A DNA stretch of 64,000 nt from Planctomycetota bacterium (GTDB lineage Bacteria > Planctomycetota > UBA8108 > SXIK01), in assembly GCA_965223265.1 (NCBI GenBank), contig OZ244999.1, positions 2,816,001 to 2,880,000 of the forward strand, given 5' to 3'. The notes under the pieces are model-generated. The model did not search any database. It was not told where the DNA came from and saw nothing but the letters and a program-made list of their open reading frames with translations. Within the stretch, counting starts at the first letter, position 1. Every line of letters begins with the position of its first letter. Position numbers and translations under genes: made by a program. Of the stretch, positions 17,415-27,526 are shown one piece after another.

Positions 17415-18257
17415 GTGGTTGCGTTTCTACCGCACTGCGAGGGGCACATGTTTGCGCGCGAGTATTTCGAGAAAGTTCTCGATCGTGGGCGGCTAGCGCA
17501 TGCGTATCTTCTTTGGGGAGATGTTACCGACGCAGGCGTGCGCTTCGCGATCGAGTTCGCCAAAGCGATCCACTGTGGGAGTGGCCGACCATGTGGCGAG
17601 TGCGCCACGTGCCGCGCCATTGAGCACGACAACTATCCGGCGGTTAACACATTCGGGCTGGCGGAAGGAAAATCAAAAGTAGATATCGACACCGTGCGAC
17701 AGCTCTGCGAGCGTCTTTACGTGCAGAGCGACCGAACGAAAGTTGCGATTCTTAGTGATGCGGACCGTCTTACCGAGCCGGCAGCGAGCGCGCTTCTCAA
17801 AACGCTGGAAGAACCACCAGAGCGATCGCTTCTCCTTCTGATCTCACGTTCGACGGGTACGCTTCTTGAGACGATCGTGTCGCGCTGCCACCGTGTGCCT
17901 CTGACCTCCTCTGAGAGTCGCGAGGTGGAGGAGGGCGTCGACGACGAGATACTCGGTCTCGTCATGCAGCGGGGTTTTTTTGCACGAAACGATCCGAAGG
18001 AATGGCTTGCTGCTCTTTTCCCGGACGGCACCCACCGCGAGAAGGTGCGGAGTTTGACTAATATTCTTCTCGTGCGCTGCCACCGCGAACTCGACACCGC
18101 GGATGAGACGAGTCTCGACCGGATCCTTCGCGCCATGGACGTTTTGTGTGAACTCGCCGAGGCCTGGGACGGCAACGTCCACGCCGACTTGATCCTCGAG
18201 CGATTGCTGGCCGAGCTCCGGCAGGGAGCGCGGCGCTACCACGAAGCTGCTCGCTGA
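17415..18257 (+). CDS. holB: DNA polymerase III delta' subunit
   Basis: GRLAHAYLL, C..PCGECATC Zn finger, ALLKTLEEPP, TIVSRC; tmk-holB synteny; GTG start inferred. Confidence 0.9.
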   Translation: MVAFLPHCEGHMFAREYFEKVLDRGRLAHAYLLWGDVTDAGVRFAIEFAKAIHCGSGRPCGECATCRAIEHDNYPAVNTFGLAEGKSKVDIDTVRQLCERLYVQSDRTKVAILSDADRLTEPAASALLKTLEEPPERSLLLLISRSTGTLLETIVSRCHRVPLTSSESREVEEGVDDEILGLVMQRGFFARNDPKEWLAALFPDGTHREKVRSLTNILLVRCHRELDTADETSLDRILRAMDVLCELAEAWDGNVHADLILERLLAELRQGARRYHEAAR

Positions 18258-18363
18258 CCGGGGCCTATCGGGCTCCTGGTTGACCAGGCGGTGAGCTGGA
18301 GTTGTCCACCCGCGCCGGACGGTCGTTTGGAAGGTGGTGTTGTCGCCCGCCCCGGGCGGTTAA

Positions 18364-18522
18364 CAGCCCGTTGAAAAAGTCATTCGGCTGAGAAACCGGC
18401 CTCTTCACGCCCAGATCAGCCGCGGCGAGCCTCGAGAATCTCGGAGATTACCTGCGTTCGCCGCGGCTGATCTGGACGCGAAGCGACCAGTTTTCAGCTC
18501 GAAGCGCTTTTTCAACAGGCTG
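18364..18522 (-). mobile_element. foldback MITE copy 1 (IS5/IS1182-like ends), TTAA flanks
   Basis: TIRs CAGCCCGTTGAAAAAG / CTTTTTCAACAGGCTG; TTAA on both sides; reverse-complement match to the copies at 42954 and 46771. Confidence 0.85.
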
Positions 18523-18806
18523 TTAAGGGCTGCCGTCCTCGCCTCCCCACTCAGCCCTTCTTCATGCCTTCGTGATCGCGCGGGGCCCCTTCCGGGAGAG
18601 TATTGGGCCGTTCGATTCAAATCGATCCCCTGCTGCTTTCCATAGCCTTTTCTGACGGGGTGAGTTGCATGGATCGGAGCACAAAGGACTCAATTTTTTA
18701 CCGCCGCCGTCCGAACTATCCGGATGAGAGTCGACGCCAGTGGCGCGCGCTGTTGCGCCTCCGGCGTTTGCCGTTCAGCAACTGCGTTTCAAGCGGATCG
18801 CTACCT

Positions 18807-19247
18807 ATGACCGCAGCCGAAAAATTCCGACGCCTGCTTGCAGACGACAGTCGCTATAGCGCCGAGACGTATAACTTCGTCTACGAGGCCCTCGACTGGA
18901 CCTTGAAGAACGTTGTCTCCGACGACGACCGCGAAAGTCAGCACGTCACCGGGCCCGAGCTCCTCGAGGGCATCCGCCAGTGCGCCGTGGCCCAGTTCGG
19001 GTGTCTCGCTCGAACGGTGCTGGAGAGTTGGGGCGTAAGCTCGACGGACGACTTCGGCGAGGTCGTCTTCAATCTGGTCGAGTACGATCTCATGGGGGCC
19101 CAGGAGACGGATCGCCGTGAGGACTTCCACGGCCTCTACGACTTCGAAGAAGCCTTCGATCTCGTACCTCAGTTCTCCTACTCTGCCGACACGGACGAGT
19201 GGGACACCGACTACGTGGTGCGCGCCAACGAGCCGCTCGACGCTTGA
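18807..19247 (+). CDS. Minf_1886-family (PVC-conserved) protein
   Basis: DSRY..E.YNFVYEAL..HVTGPELLEGIR..A..QFG.LARTVLESWGV..TDDFGEVVFNLVE. Confidence 0.85.
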   Translation: MTAAEKFRRLLADDSRYSAETYNFVYEALDWTLKNVVSDDDRESQHVTGPELLEGIRQCAVAQFGCLARTVLESWGVSSTDDFGEVVFNLVEYDLMGAQETDRREDFHGLYDFEEAFDLVPQFSYSADTDEWDTDYVVRANEPLDA

Positions 19248-19368
19248 GTTCACATGCTCACGTGGAACTTCCCGTGCGGCGCCGCACCGGCGACTTGACG
19301 ACGGTCGCATTCACCGGGGAAACGGCCGGGGAGAGTCGTTCGACTTGCGACGGCTTCGCCTCGTGCGC

Positions 19369-21753
19369 CTACTCTTTCTCGTTCGTCGCTTCGTCGTTTG
19401 TTCCCGGCTCGGGTGCGGCATCGGACGCCTCGCCGGCGTCGCCCGCACCTTCCTCGACCCACGCGCCCAGGTCACGGTACTCCTCAAACGTCGATGCGTC
19501 GTCACCGCGCAGGTTCAAAACTTCGAGCAGCGCCGCCTGGAGCTGTCGGTCTTCGAGGTAATCGGAGGCAAACTCATGCTTCGCTGCGTCCTCCAGCGCT
19601 CGTCGCACGAGTTGCCTGACCACTAACCGCACATCGTCCCGCGGCAGCGTGGTGTTGAGCGCAGCGTAGAGCTCCTCGAAGCGTGGGTAGTTGTCGAAGC
19701 TACGGGCTTCTTTGCGATGGTAGGAGTCTTCGAGCTGCTCTCTGTGTTTGTGGACGTACGTCAGGAGCTCGTTGGATGACTGTAGCTCATCGATCAACTC
19801 CGCGCGCCACGCTTCGATGCTCCTCGAGGCCACCCGAATGTCCGGTTCAATGCCGCCGCGTGTGACAATGTTTCCTCGCTCGTCCGTAAGATTGTGGATC
19901 AGCCGGCCGAGAGGGAGAAAGTAGTACTTCACGGTGAGGCGCAGTTTCGCGATGCCGCCGAGCGTCGCAGCCGAGCGATTGGACAGCTCGACGACTTCCT
20001 GCACGGTGCCCTTGCCGTAGGAACGCTCGCCGATCAGCGTCGCGCGTTGAAAGTCCTGGAGAGAACCGGCGACAATTTCGGAAGCGCTGGCACTTTCGCC
20101 GTTGATCAGGACGACCATCGGATAAGGAGGTCGTTCGGCGTCGTCGGCTGGCGTGCTTGATTCGCCACCGTCGCGCCCCTTTTGGCTGATGATCGGCAGA
20201 CTGCCGCTGACGAATTGGTCCGCAATGTTGATGGCGCCGCTGGCGCGTCCACCATGATTGCCCCGCAGATCGAGGACGAGGCCAGTCATCCCGTCTTCTT
20301 CGAGCTCGTCGACCGCAGCGGTGAATTCGCGTGCGGTGCGATCTCCGAAGCGTGTCACCCGCGTGTAGCCAATCTTGCCAGGAAGCATCTGCGAGTAGAT
20401 CGTCGGAACTTCGACGCGCCCTCGACGAACGGTGTATTCGGTGTGGCTCGTCTCGCCGACACGCTGAACCGTCAGGCGGATCTCACTGCCCGCGGGGCCC
20501 TTCAGTTTCTCTACGACAACGCTGAGCTCGAGAGGTGCGGTCTCCACGTCGTCAATCTTGACGACCAAGTCGCTCGAACGGACACCGGCGGCGAAAGCCG
20601 GCCCGCCATGTAGAACCTTGCGGATCTCGAGTGGGAACCCCGGTCTCTTGTTGACGTGCGCACCGATTCCAGAGTACTCGCCGGCCATGGACTGGCCGAA
20701 GTCTCGTGTCTCTTCGACGGTCATGAAAGCTGAGAACGGGTCTAGGCTGCCCACCATACCCTTGATGGCAGCGGTGATCAGATCCTTGCGTTTAACTTTC
20801 GTTTCGTCGACGTACTTTTCCTGCACTGTGCGCAGAACTTCCTCGAGGATGGCGGTGTGAGCGTCGAGTGTGATCGACTCGGCGCGTCCTGAATTCGTCG
20901 GCCCACCTTCGGTTGCCGCTGCGAGCTGCGCCTCGAGCTCCTCGATGCGCTGTTTGCGGATTTGCAGCAGTTTCGTCGGATTGACGCCTTCGAGGAGGAT
21001 CTCGCCACTGTCGAGTTTGCGGTCGAGTTGGCGCGAGAGCTCCTGCACCTTGCCGAGGATTGCCGCGCGGCGACCCTGCTCGCTCGGTTCGGTTTCGAGC
21101 TCTTGAAGGATCGTACGCACTTCGCCTTCGAAGTAGCCCATCTGCGCCAGCGTCAGCGCCGCTTCACGCCGGACGCGGAAGTCCTTAAGCTTCAGAAGCA
21201 CGAGGAGCTTTTCACGTCCCGCCGTACTGCGGTTGAGTTCCCAGAGAGCTTCGGCGGCGCGGATCACGGTCATTGGATCCTTTGCGGTCGCGAGCGTCTC
21301 TTCGAGCACTGGTTCCGCTTGATCGATCTCGCCGTAGAGGCCGTAGAGCTGCAGCGCGGCAAGTCTCACTTCTCGATCTCGTGCTTCGCGCGCAAGACCG
21401 TCGAGCGTGCTGGAGGCAATCGTGAGATCCGAGTCGCTGATGGTTTCGTCGTCCAGCTCGAGGAGGATCTTAGCGCAGGCAAGTCGTGCTCGTTCGCCGA
21501 CCGTGCCGATGGCGTCGCGAAGCGGCTGGATCGCGGCGGTTCCGAGTGACTGCAATCTCGACACTCCGGCCCAGTATTGATCGCCCGAGCGTTTTTCGAG
21601 TTGACCGAGAAGCGCTTGGATCTGCGCTGGAGTGCTTTCTTGGCTGGGGACTGGAGACGCCACCGCGGCCGCGGCGAACATGGCAAGAAACGCGACGAGG
21701 TGGGTCCACCTCGACCGGCGCCTCACGAGTGTCTGACGCGGGGTGCTAGTCAT
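19369..21753 (-). CDS. S41 carboxyl-terminal protease with N-terminal HEAT-like repeats and PDZ
   Basis: Signal peptide; GMVGSLDPFS, YSGIG PDZ, LVLDLRGNHGG, SASASEIVAG, SYGKGTVQ, GGIEPDI; start 21753 inferred (ORF extends to 21861). Confidence 0.92.
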   Translation of the reverse strand: MTSTPRQTLVRRRSRWTHLVAFLAMFAAAAVASPVPSQESTPAQIQALLGQLEKRSGDQYWAGVSRLQSLGTAAIQPLRDAIGTVGERARLACAKILLELDDETISDSDLTIASSTLDGLAREARDREVRLAALQLYGLYGEIDQAEPVLEETLATAKDPMTVIRAAEALWELNRSTAGREKLLVLLKLKDFRVRREAALTLAQMGYFEGEVRTILQELETEPSEQGRRAAILGKVQELSRQLDRKLDSGEILLEGVNPTKLLQIRKQRIEELEAQLAAATEGGPTNSGRAESITLDAHTAILEEVLRTVQEKYVDETKVKRKDLITAAIKGMVGSLDPFSAFMTVEETRDFGQSMAGEYSGIGAHVNKRPGFPLEIRKVLHGGPAFAAGVRSSDLVVKIDDVETAPLELSVVVEKLKGPAGSEIRLTVQRVGETSHTEYTVRRGRVEVPTIYSQMLPGKIGYTRVTRFGDRTAREFTAAVDELEEDGMTGLVLDLRGNHGGRASGAINIADQFVSGSLPIISQKGRDGGESSTPADDAERPPYPMVVLINGESASASEIVAGSLQDFQRATLIGERSYGKGTVQEVVELSNRSAATLGGIAKLRLTVKYYFLPLGRLIHNLTDERGNIVTRGGIEPDIRVASRSIEAWRAELIDELQSSNELLTYVHKHREQLEDSYHRKEARSFDNYPRFEELYAALNTTLPRDDVRLVVRQLVRRALEDAAKHEFASDYLEDRQLQAALLEVLNLRGDDASTFEEYRDLGAWVEEGAGDAGEASDAAPEPGTNDEATNEKE

Positions 21754-22098
21754 GAAAAGTGCGGTCTCCTGGGTTGCGCGCGGGCACATTTCTTTCTTTA
21801 TCGGCAAAGTCAGCTCGAATGTCCGCAACAAAGCGGCGTACTTCCGTGGGCGGACTCCCAACAGGCCGAACGGCTCCTGCCAAGACTGCCAGAGCTTCTC
21901 GCGGGGAAAAAAGGGTACTGAACCATTTTACTGGGAGGTGTCAAGCCGCGGCACTAAACTGAGGGAACCTACTCGCTGGGCGCAGAGCGCCGGGCGTCGC
22001 GCTGGCCGCGCTGCCGATCTGACGTGGCCGCGCTTTCTGACGATCGTTCTCTTTGATCGTCGGTTTCCTTAACTTATTCCCTAACAGTGAGTAGAGAC

Positions 22099-23799
22099 AT
22101 GTCTCAGGACGATGAAAGAGGGGCTGAGGGGGACTCGGCCACAGCTTCCCGCCCGCAGCCGCAGCCGCCAGGAGCGGCGGTGTGCGACGCGACTGCGGCG
22201 GGAGTCACTCCCGCGACGGCGAGCGCTGGAAACATGGTACGGCTTCGCGGCGGAGACTTTTTCGGACTCGAAGGCCGCATGGTCGAGGTACAGGTCGACG
22301 TCTCGACGCGTGGACAACCGGCGGTCACGATCGTCGGCCTCGCCGGCAAGTCGATTCGCGAGAGCCGCGAACGCATTTGGGCCGGAATCAAGAACTCAGG
22401 CTTTTCGTTTCCCTTCAAAAAACGCATTCTCATCAACCTGGCCCCGACCGCGCAGCACAAAGATGGAGCTGGATTCGATCTGGCCATCGCCGTGGGGATT
22501 CTCCTGGCGGATCGCCAGGTTGCGCCCGGCGATGGCTGGATGTCGCCGCCGGGGCTGCTCAGTTGCGTTGGCGTCATCGGGGAGCTCGGGCTTGAAGGCG
22601 AGCTCCGCGCCGTGCCGGGGGCACTGCTCGTCGCCGACGGTTTGGTGCGGGCCGGCGTGCGCCTGATGATCGTGCCACAAGAAAATGCCGCCGAAGTACG
22701 GTTGGTGCGGGACATCGAGGTTGTCGCGGCATCGCGGCTGCGCGAAGTTCTGGACCTTGTGTCGCAACCTCTGGAGGCGGTGCTGCGGCAGGCCCGCAGC
22801 GGCGACGGCGAACGCCAGCTCGCCGCTGCGCCGGCTGACCCGAGCGTTGACTTCGAGGAGGTGCGCGGCCAAGAAGCGACGAAGCGTGCTCTCCTGATTG
22901 CAAGCGCTGGTGTTCACAACGTTCTTCTCTGCGGGCCGCCGGGAGCAGGGAAAACGATGCTGGCGCGGCGACTGCCTTCTATTCAGCCGCCGCCGGGGTA
23001 CGAGGAAGCCCTTGAGATGACCCGCATCCAGAGCGCGTGCGGCGGCGTAGCGTGTTCGGCACTCGTCTCCGAGCGACCGTTTCGCAGTCCCCATCACACG
23101 ATCAGCTACGCAGGGCTCGTCGGCGGCGGTTCGCTGCCGCAGCCTGGTGAGGTGAGTCGGGCGCATGGGGGTGTCCTATTCCTCGACGAGTTCGCTGAAT
23201 TCAGCCGCCGTTCCCTCGAGTCGCTCCGTGAGCCGCTCGAGGAGGGGATGATCAGGATCGGCCGATGCAGCGGCTGCGTCACTTTTCCGGCCCGGTTTCT
23301 GCTCGTCGCCGCCATGAATCCTTGCCCGTGCGGGTACTACGGCTCGGAGAGGCGAGATTGCTCGTGTTCGCGGCAGGCGGTGGTGCGCTACGCGCAGCGT
23401 ATCTCCGGGCCGCTGCTCGACCGCTTCGACCTGTTCGTCGGCGTCCGCCCCGTCGATCCGGGGGCGCTCTTGAGCTCCGGGCGGAGTGGTCTCAGCACGT
23501 CCGCCATGCGCGATGTCGTGGCTCGCGCCCGGAAGATCCAGGAGCGCCGCTGGGGAGGTGGTGTGGTCAACGGGCGCGTACCGTTTCCGCGGCTACTCAA
23601 GCGCGGGGGGGCGACATCGTCGGCTCTTGAGACACTGGCGGCAGCCGCGACGCAGTGGCAGCTGTCGGCTCGCGGTTACTCCCGCGCACTCCGAGTGGCG
23701 CGTACGGTTGCTGATCTTGCCGGACGTGACGAGTTGCTGCCGGAAGACGTCCACGAGGCGTTTCACTTTCGCGAGTGGCGGGGCGCCCGTCAGAGTTGA
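22099..23799 (+). CDS. comM: YifB/ComM Mg-chelatase-like AAA+ ATPase
   Basis: IVGL..ESRERI, INLAP, GPPGAGKTMLARRL, PFRSPHHT, AHGGVLFLDEF, AAMNPCPCG, ISGPLLDRFD; start uncertain. Confidence 0.93.
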   Translation: MSQDDERGAEGDSATASRPQPQPPGAAVCDATAAGVTPATASAGNMVRLRGGDFFGLEGRMVEVQVDVSTRGQPAVTIVGLAGKSIRESRERIWAGIKNSGFSFPFKKRILINLAPTAQHKDGAGFDLAIAVGILLADRQVAPGDGWMSPPGLLSCVGVIGELGLEGELRAVPGALLVADGLVRAGVRLMIVPQENAAEVRLVRDIEVVAASRLREVLDLVSQPLEAVLRQARSGDGERQLAAAPADPSVDFEEVRGQEATKRALLIASAGVHNVLLCGPPGAGKTMLARRLPSIQPPPGYEEALEMTRIQSACGGVACSALVSERPFRSPHHTISYAGLVGGGSLPQPGEVSRAHGGVLFLDEFAEFSRRSLESLREPLEEGMIRIGRCSGCVTFPARFLLVAAMNPCPCGYYGSERRDCSCSRQAVVRYAQRISGPLLDRFDLFVGVRPVDPGALLSSGRSGLSTSAMRDVVARARKIQERRWGGGVVNGRVPFPRLLKRGGATSSALETLAAAATQWQLSARGYSRALRVARTVADLAGRDELLPEDVHEAFHFREWRGARQS

Positions 23800-24099
23800 A
23801 ATGCAGTTTTTTTCTCACCGCTGCAGTATACTGAGGGACTTCATCGCGCGTCGGGTGAGCCCCAGGACGGCCGGCGCACAGCGAGCTTCGCGGCCGTAGG
23901 TCGTGCTATTTTCGATGATGAGTTGATTCGGAGCGACGCTGCAAGCGGGTAAAGCAGGCGGAGGCAAGCAGGTGAACGATGATCTTCGGTGTTTCGAAAC
24001 CTGAGTTTGTGATCGTCGCGGCGGTCGGCTTTTTCCTCTTCGGGGTGCCACTCATGGCCCTCGCAACGGCTTATATCAGACGCTGGAAGGAGACACGAG

Positions 24100-25104
24100 A
24101 TGAGTAGTGCGCGGGTGGCGGTCGTAGGTGCGACCGGCGCCGTTGGTCAAGAGATGCTGAACGTACTCGAAACGCGGGATTTTCCCGTGGCCGAGTTGAT
24201 CCCTCTCGCTTCGCCAAGATCGCAGGGTCGCACCGTGCGATTCAAAGGTGAGGAAGTTCCCGTCAGTGTGCTCGGCCGCGATTCATTCAAGCGCATAGAT
24301 CTCGCACTCTTTTCGGCTGGCGGTGGCACGTCGAAGGAATATGCTCCTGTCGCGGTCGATGCTGGCGCGCTCGTTGTCGACAATTCGTCGGCGTTTCGTT
24401 ACGACCCAGAGATACCGCTCGTGGTGCCGGAGGTGAACGCGGCAGCGATCAACGGCCATGGCGGAATCATCGCCAACCCCAATTGCACGACGATCATCAT
24501 GGTCGTGGCGATCGCGCCGATTCATCGTCTGTCGCCGATTCAGCGACTCGTCGCGTCAACCTACCAGGCGGCTTCGGGCGCCGGCGCGAAGGGGATGGAC
24601 GCGCTGTCGCGCGAGCTCGGGGGGGAGATCGGCCCTGACGGGCGCGCCGTGGATTCGCCGTTTCCTCATCGACTTGCCGGCAACGTGATCCCGCGCATCG
24701 ATTCAGTGCAGGAGAACGGTTACACGCGCGAGGAGATGAAGATGGTGTGGGAGACCACCAAAATCATGGGGCTCAACGACGTGCCGATCAGCGCCACGTG
24801 TGTGCGAATTCCCGTCGAACGCGCTCACTCTGAGTCGATTCAAGTGACGACTGAGGCGCCTCTCGAGCTCGACACGATCAGAGCGGCGTTGGCTGCGGCG
24901 GACGGGGTTTCCGTGCTGGATGCACCGGGCGAGGACGTGTACCCAACCCCGCTGAGCGTTAGTGGTGCCGATGACGTAATCGTCGGGCGGCTGCGACGGC
25001 ATCCCAACGACCCCTCGACGTACGATCTTTGGGTGGTCGGCGACCAAATTCGCAAGGGCGCCGCGTTGAATGCCGTTCAGATCGCTGAGTGTGTCTTTGG
25101 CTGA
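24100..25104 (+). CDS. asd: aspartate-semialdehyde dehydrogenase
   Basis: VVGATGAVG, DNSSAFR, IANPNCTT, STYQAASGAG, DQIRKGAALNAVQIAE. Confidence 0.97.
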   Translation: MSSARVAVVGATGAVGQEMLNVLETRDFPVAELIPLASPRSQGRTVRFKGEEVPVSVLGRDSFKRIDLALFSAGGGTSKEYAPVAVDAGALVVDNSSAFRYDPEIPLVVPEVNAAAINGHGGIIANPNCTTIIMVVAIAPIHRLSPIQRLVASTYQAASGAGAKGMDALSRELGGEIGPDGRAVDSPFPHRLAGNVIPRIDSVQENGYTREEMKMVWETTKIMGLNDVPISATCVRIPVERAHSESIQVTTEAPLELDTIRAALAAADGVSVLDAPGEDVYPTPLSVSGADDVIVGRLRRHPNDPSTYDLWVVGDQIRKGAALNAVQIAECVFG

Positions 25105-25975
25105 AACTCACGCCCCAGCGCGCCGCCTGAAACTAACTCTTGCCTACGACGGTACCGAGTTCCACGGTTGGCAGAGGCAAGACGGCGTGCGGACCGTGCA
25201 GGGAGAGCTGGAGACCGCGCTGCGCGTCGTGCTGGACCGCCAGCAGATCGAAGTGGTGGGCGCCAGCCGCACGGACCAGGGCGTTCATGCCTGGGGGCAG
25301 GTGAGTTCCTTCGCCCTGTCGCACCCGATTCCATGCGCGCGTCTGGCTCGCGCCATGAACGGGCGGCTGCCGCCGGACGTCCGCGTCCGCCACGTCGAGG
25401 AGGTCGACCACGACTTCAGCGCTCGCTTCTCAGCGATCGGCAAGCACTACTTGTACCGGATCGACTGGCGTGCAGAGATCGATCCGTTTTCGCGGCGCTT
25501 CGTCGCTCACGTGCCTTTGAAGCTCGATGTCGAGCGTATGCGCCTGGCCGCGGAGCGTTTCGTTGGCGAGTATGATTTTGCGCCGTTGAGCTGCGTCTCG
25601 GGGCAGCCGGTGCGGACGACCGTACGGAGAATATACGCCTCGGGCGTCGAGGCCGAAGAGCATCGCATCGATGTTCACGTCTTTGGCAGCCATTTTCTCT
25701 ATAAGATGGTGCGAAGAATGGTGGGGACACTGATCGAGGTCGGACGCGGCCGCATGGCGCCCGAAGACATCACCGCTCTCTTAGCGCCAAACCGCCGTCC
25801 AGCGGCAGCGGGTCCGACCGCGCCCCCCGAAGGTCTTTTCCTCGTAAAGGTTTACTACACCGGTGACGACCTCGATGCGGATGTCTTAGCGAGGCGCCAG
25901 GGGAGTACTTCTGGTCGCCCAGCCGAGAGCTTTGCCCGTGACCTGCGTCCGCCGATCGAAACCCGCCCGGATTGA
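25097..25975 (+). CDS. truA: tRNA pseudouridine(38-40) synthase
   Basis: LAYDGTEFHGWQRQ, GASRTDQGVHA, FLYKMVR, GPTAPPEGLFL; TTG start overlapping the asd stop inferred. Confidence 0.95.
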   Translation: MAETHAPARRLKLTLAYDGTEFHGWQRQDGVRTVQGELETALRVVLDRQQIEVVGASRTDQGVHAWGQVSSFALSHPIPCARLARAMNGRLPPDVRVRHVEEVDHDFSARFSAIGKHYLYRIDWRAEIDPFSRRFVAHVPLKLDVERMRLAAERFVGEYDFAPLSCVSGQPVRTTVRRIYASGVEAEEHRIDVHVFGSHFLYKMVRRMVGTLIEVGRGRMAPEDITALLAPNRRPAAAGPTAPPEGLFLVKVYYTGDDLDADVLARRQGSTSGRPAESFARDLRPPIETRPD

Positions 25976-26000
25976 CTGCGAGGGTCGGCGCTGTTATACT
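25972..26000 (+). promoter_or_regulatory. sigma70-type promoter for the hpf/PTS cluster
   Basis: TTGACT-N17-TATACT with an extended -10 TG. Confidence 0.65.
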
Positions 26001-26233
26001 GCCCGCACTAAGTGCTTTCAGGAATTTATTTTAACAGCTCGTTGGGAAATCGTGCGGCTGCAGTCGACTCCCCCTCAAATTGAGCTCGATCCGCTTCAAA
26101 GCAGGCCCCACTTGTCAGCGAAAAGGCGTGGCACGCAGGGTTGGCGGTGGTGCTGCGGGGAGTCGGGCGTTCGGCTTCAGCACGCCGTCTGCGGGCAACT
26201 GAGACTGGGTTCTCATTGAAGGAGCACCGTCCT

Positions 26234-26629
26234 ATGGCAACGATCGTCATCAAGGGCAGGCATGCTCAGCTCACGTCTCGCCAGCGCGAGCATGTCGAAG
26301 AGAAGCTCGAGAAGCTTCAGCGTTATTTTGGCGGGATTTCGCGCATCGAGGCCATCGTCGACGGCGCCGGGGAAGAGGCGGAGGTCGAGCTCGTGATTTC
26401 GGTGCCGAAGGGAAATCCCATTGTCTGCCACGCTAAATCGCGCGAGCTGTACGCAGCCGTGGACGTGGCGGTGTCGAAGGCGGAAACCGGGCTCACGCGC
26501 CTGAAAGAGAAGAAGCGGGACCATCGCGCTCAGAAGGCGCCTCCGGCAAATCCGGTGGAAGCGGTGGAAGCCGAAGAGCTCGAGAGTTACGAGGAGATCG
26601 TCGACCGCACAGACTTTTCCTCTCAGTAG
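26234..26629 (+). CDS. hpf: ribosome hibernation factor (RaiA/HPF)
   Basis: IVIKGRH..LT...EHVEEKLEKLQRYF, ELYAAVDVAVSK; AAGGAG SD. Confidence 0.88.
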   Translation: MATIVIKGRHAQLTSRQREHVEEKLEKLQRYFGGISRIEAIVDGAGEEAEVELVISVPKGNPIVCHAKSRELYAAVDVAVSKAETGLTRLKEKKRDHRAQKAPPANPVEAVEAEELESYEEIVDRTDFSSQ

Positions 26630-27037
26630 CTACGAAAGGTGTTTTCTAGGTGAAAGCTGGGTCTCTCTTGCCCAGGTCGGCATCGCCAGGTCCGCAAGTA
26701 GCCGTCGCTGTTGAACTGAGCGTGCATGCCGCGCTGCGCGATGGACACTCTCACTTTCGAAATCGTGCTCGAGGGCTAAAGGCGCGCTTGGCGCACGCGT
26801 TTTCGACGACAGGCGGGGCGGAACGTTTAGAGTGTGAGCGAGTGATGTTTCCCCATCTTTCCCCTAACCTCGAGCGTGGCCGTTTCGCGCCGCCCTGGCG
26901 GCTCGCGTTCGCCGCGATTCATAAGCCATTGGGAGTCTTTTCGGAGCGGGGCTGTGGGGGTGTGGTTGGCCCGGGTGCGGAGACGCCCCGTTGCCGTTTT
27001 CCAGTCCCTGTTTGACGTGTCGGTATCGTCTTCGCGC

Positions 27038-27526
27038 ATGAACGAAAAAGAAGTTTCTTTGGTCGCGACGTTTCCCTCCGATCGCGTGATCGTCGATTTG
27101 CAAGCACGCGAGAAGAAAGCGGCAATCCGCGAGATTCTGCAGTCGCTTGTCGAGTTTGGGGCCTTAAAGGACGACGGAGCGAAGAAGGCTGAAAAGGCGA
27201 TTTTGAAGCGCGAGTTGGTTGGCTCGACCGCGATCGGAAAGGGCCTCGCGATTCCCCACGCCAAAGACTGTTCCTTTGTGGATGGTTTGGTTGGAATCTT
27301 TGCGCGCTCGAAGTCAGGTTTGCCCTTCGACGCCCACGACGGTGCGCTCGTCCATGTGATTTTCTTGGTGCTCTCGCCGGCGAATATGGCCGCCCAACAT
27401 CTTGATCTGATCAAGCGAGTCGCGTCACTTCACAAGGATGAGAAAACACTACGGTATCTTGCTTCGGACGAGAAACTAAAGAGCCTCGAGGCCATCTTTA
27501 AGGAAGTCGATGAGCAGTTCAGTTGA
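27038..27526 (+). CDS. ptsN: PTS EIIA (Ntr/fructose-type)
   Basis: ILKRELVGSTAIGKGLAIPHAK phospho-His motif, FDAHDG..VH.IFL. Confidence 0.88.
   Translation: MNEKEVSLVATFPSDRVIVDLQAREKKAAIREILQSLVEFGALKDDGAKKAEKAILKRELVGSTAIGKGLAIPHAKDCSFVDGLVGIFARSKSGLPFDAHDGALVHVIFLVLSPANMAAQHLDLIKRVASLHKDEKTLRYLASDEKLKSLEAIFKEVDEQFS

Noticed and set aside
26129-26147. sigma54 promoter upstream of hpf (TGGCAC...)
   Set aside because: The -12 element does not match TTGC at the required spacing; a good sigma70 promoter exists at 25972-26000
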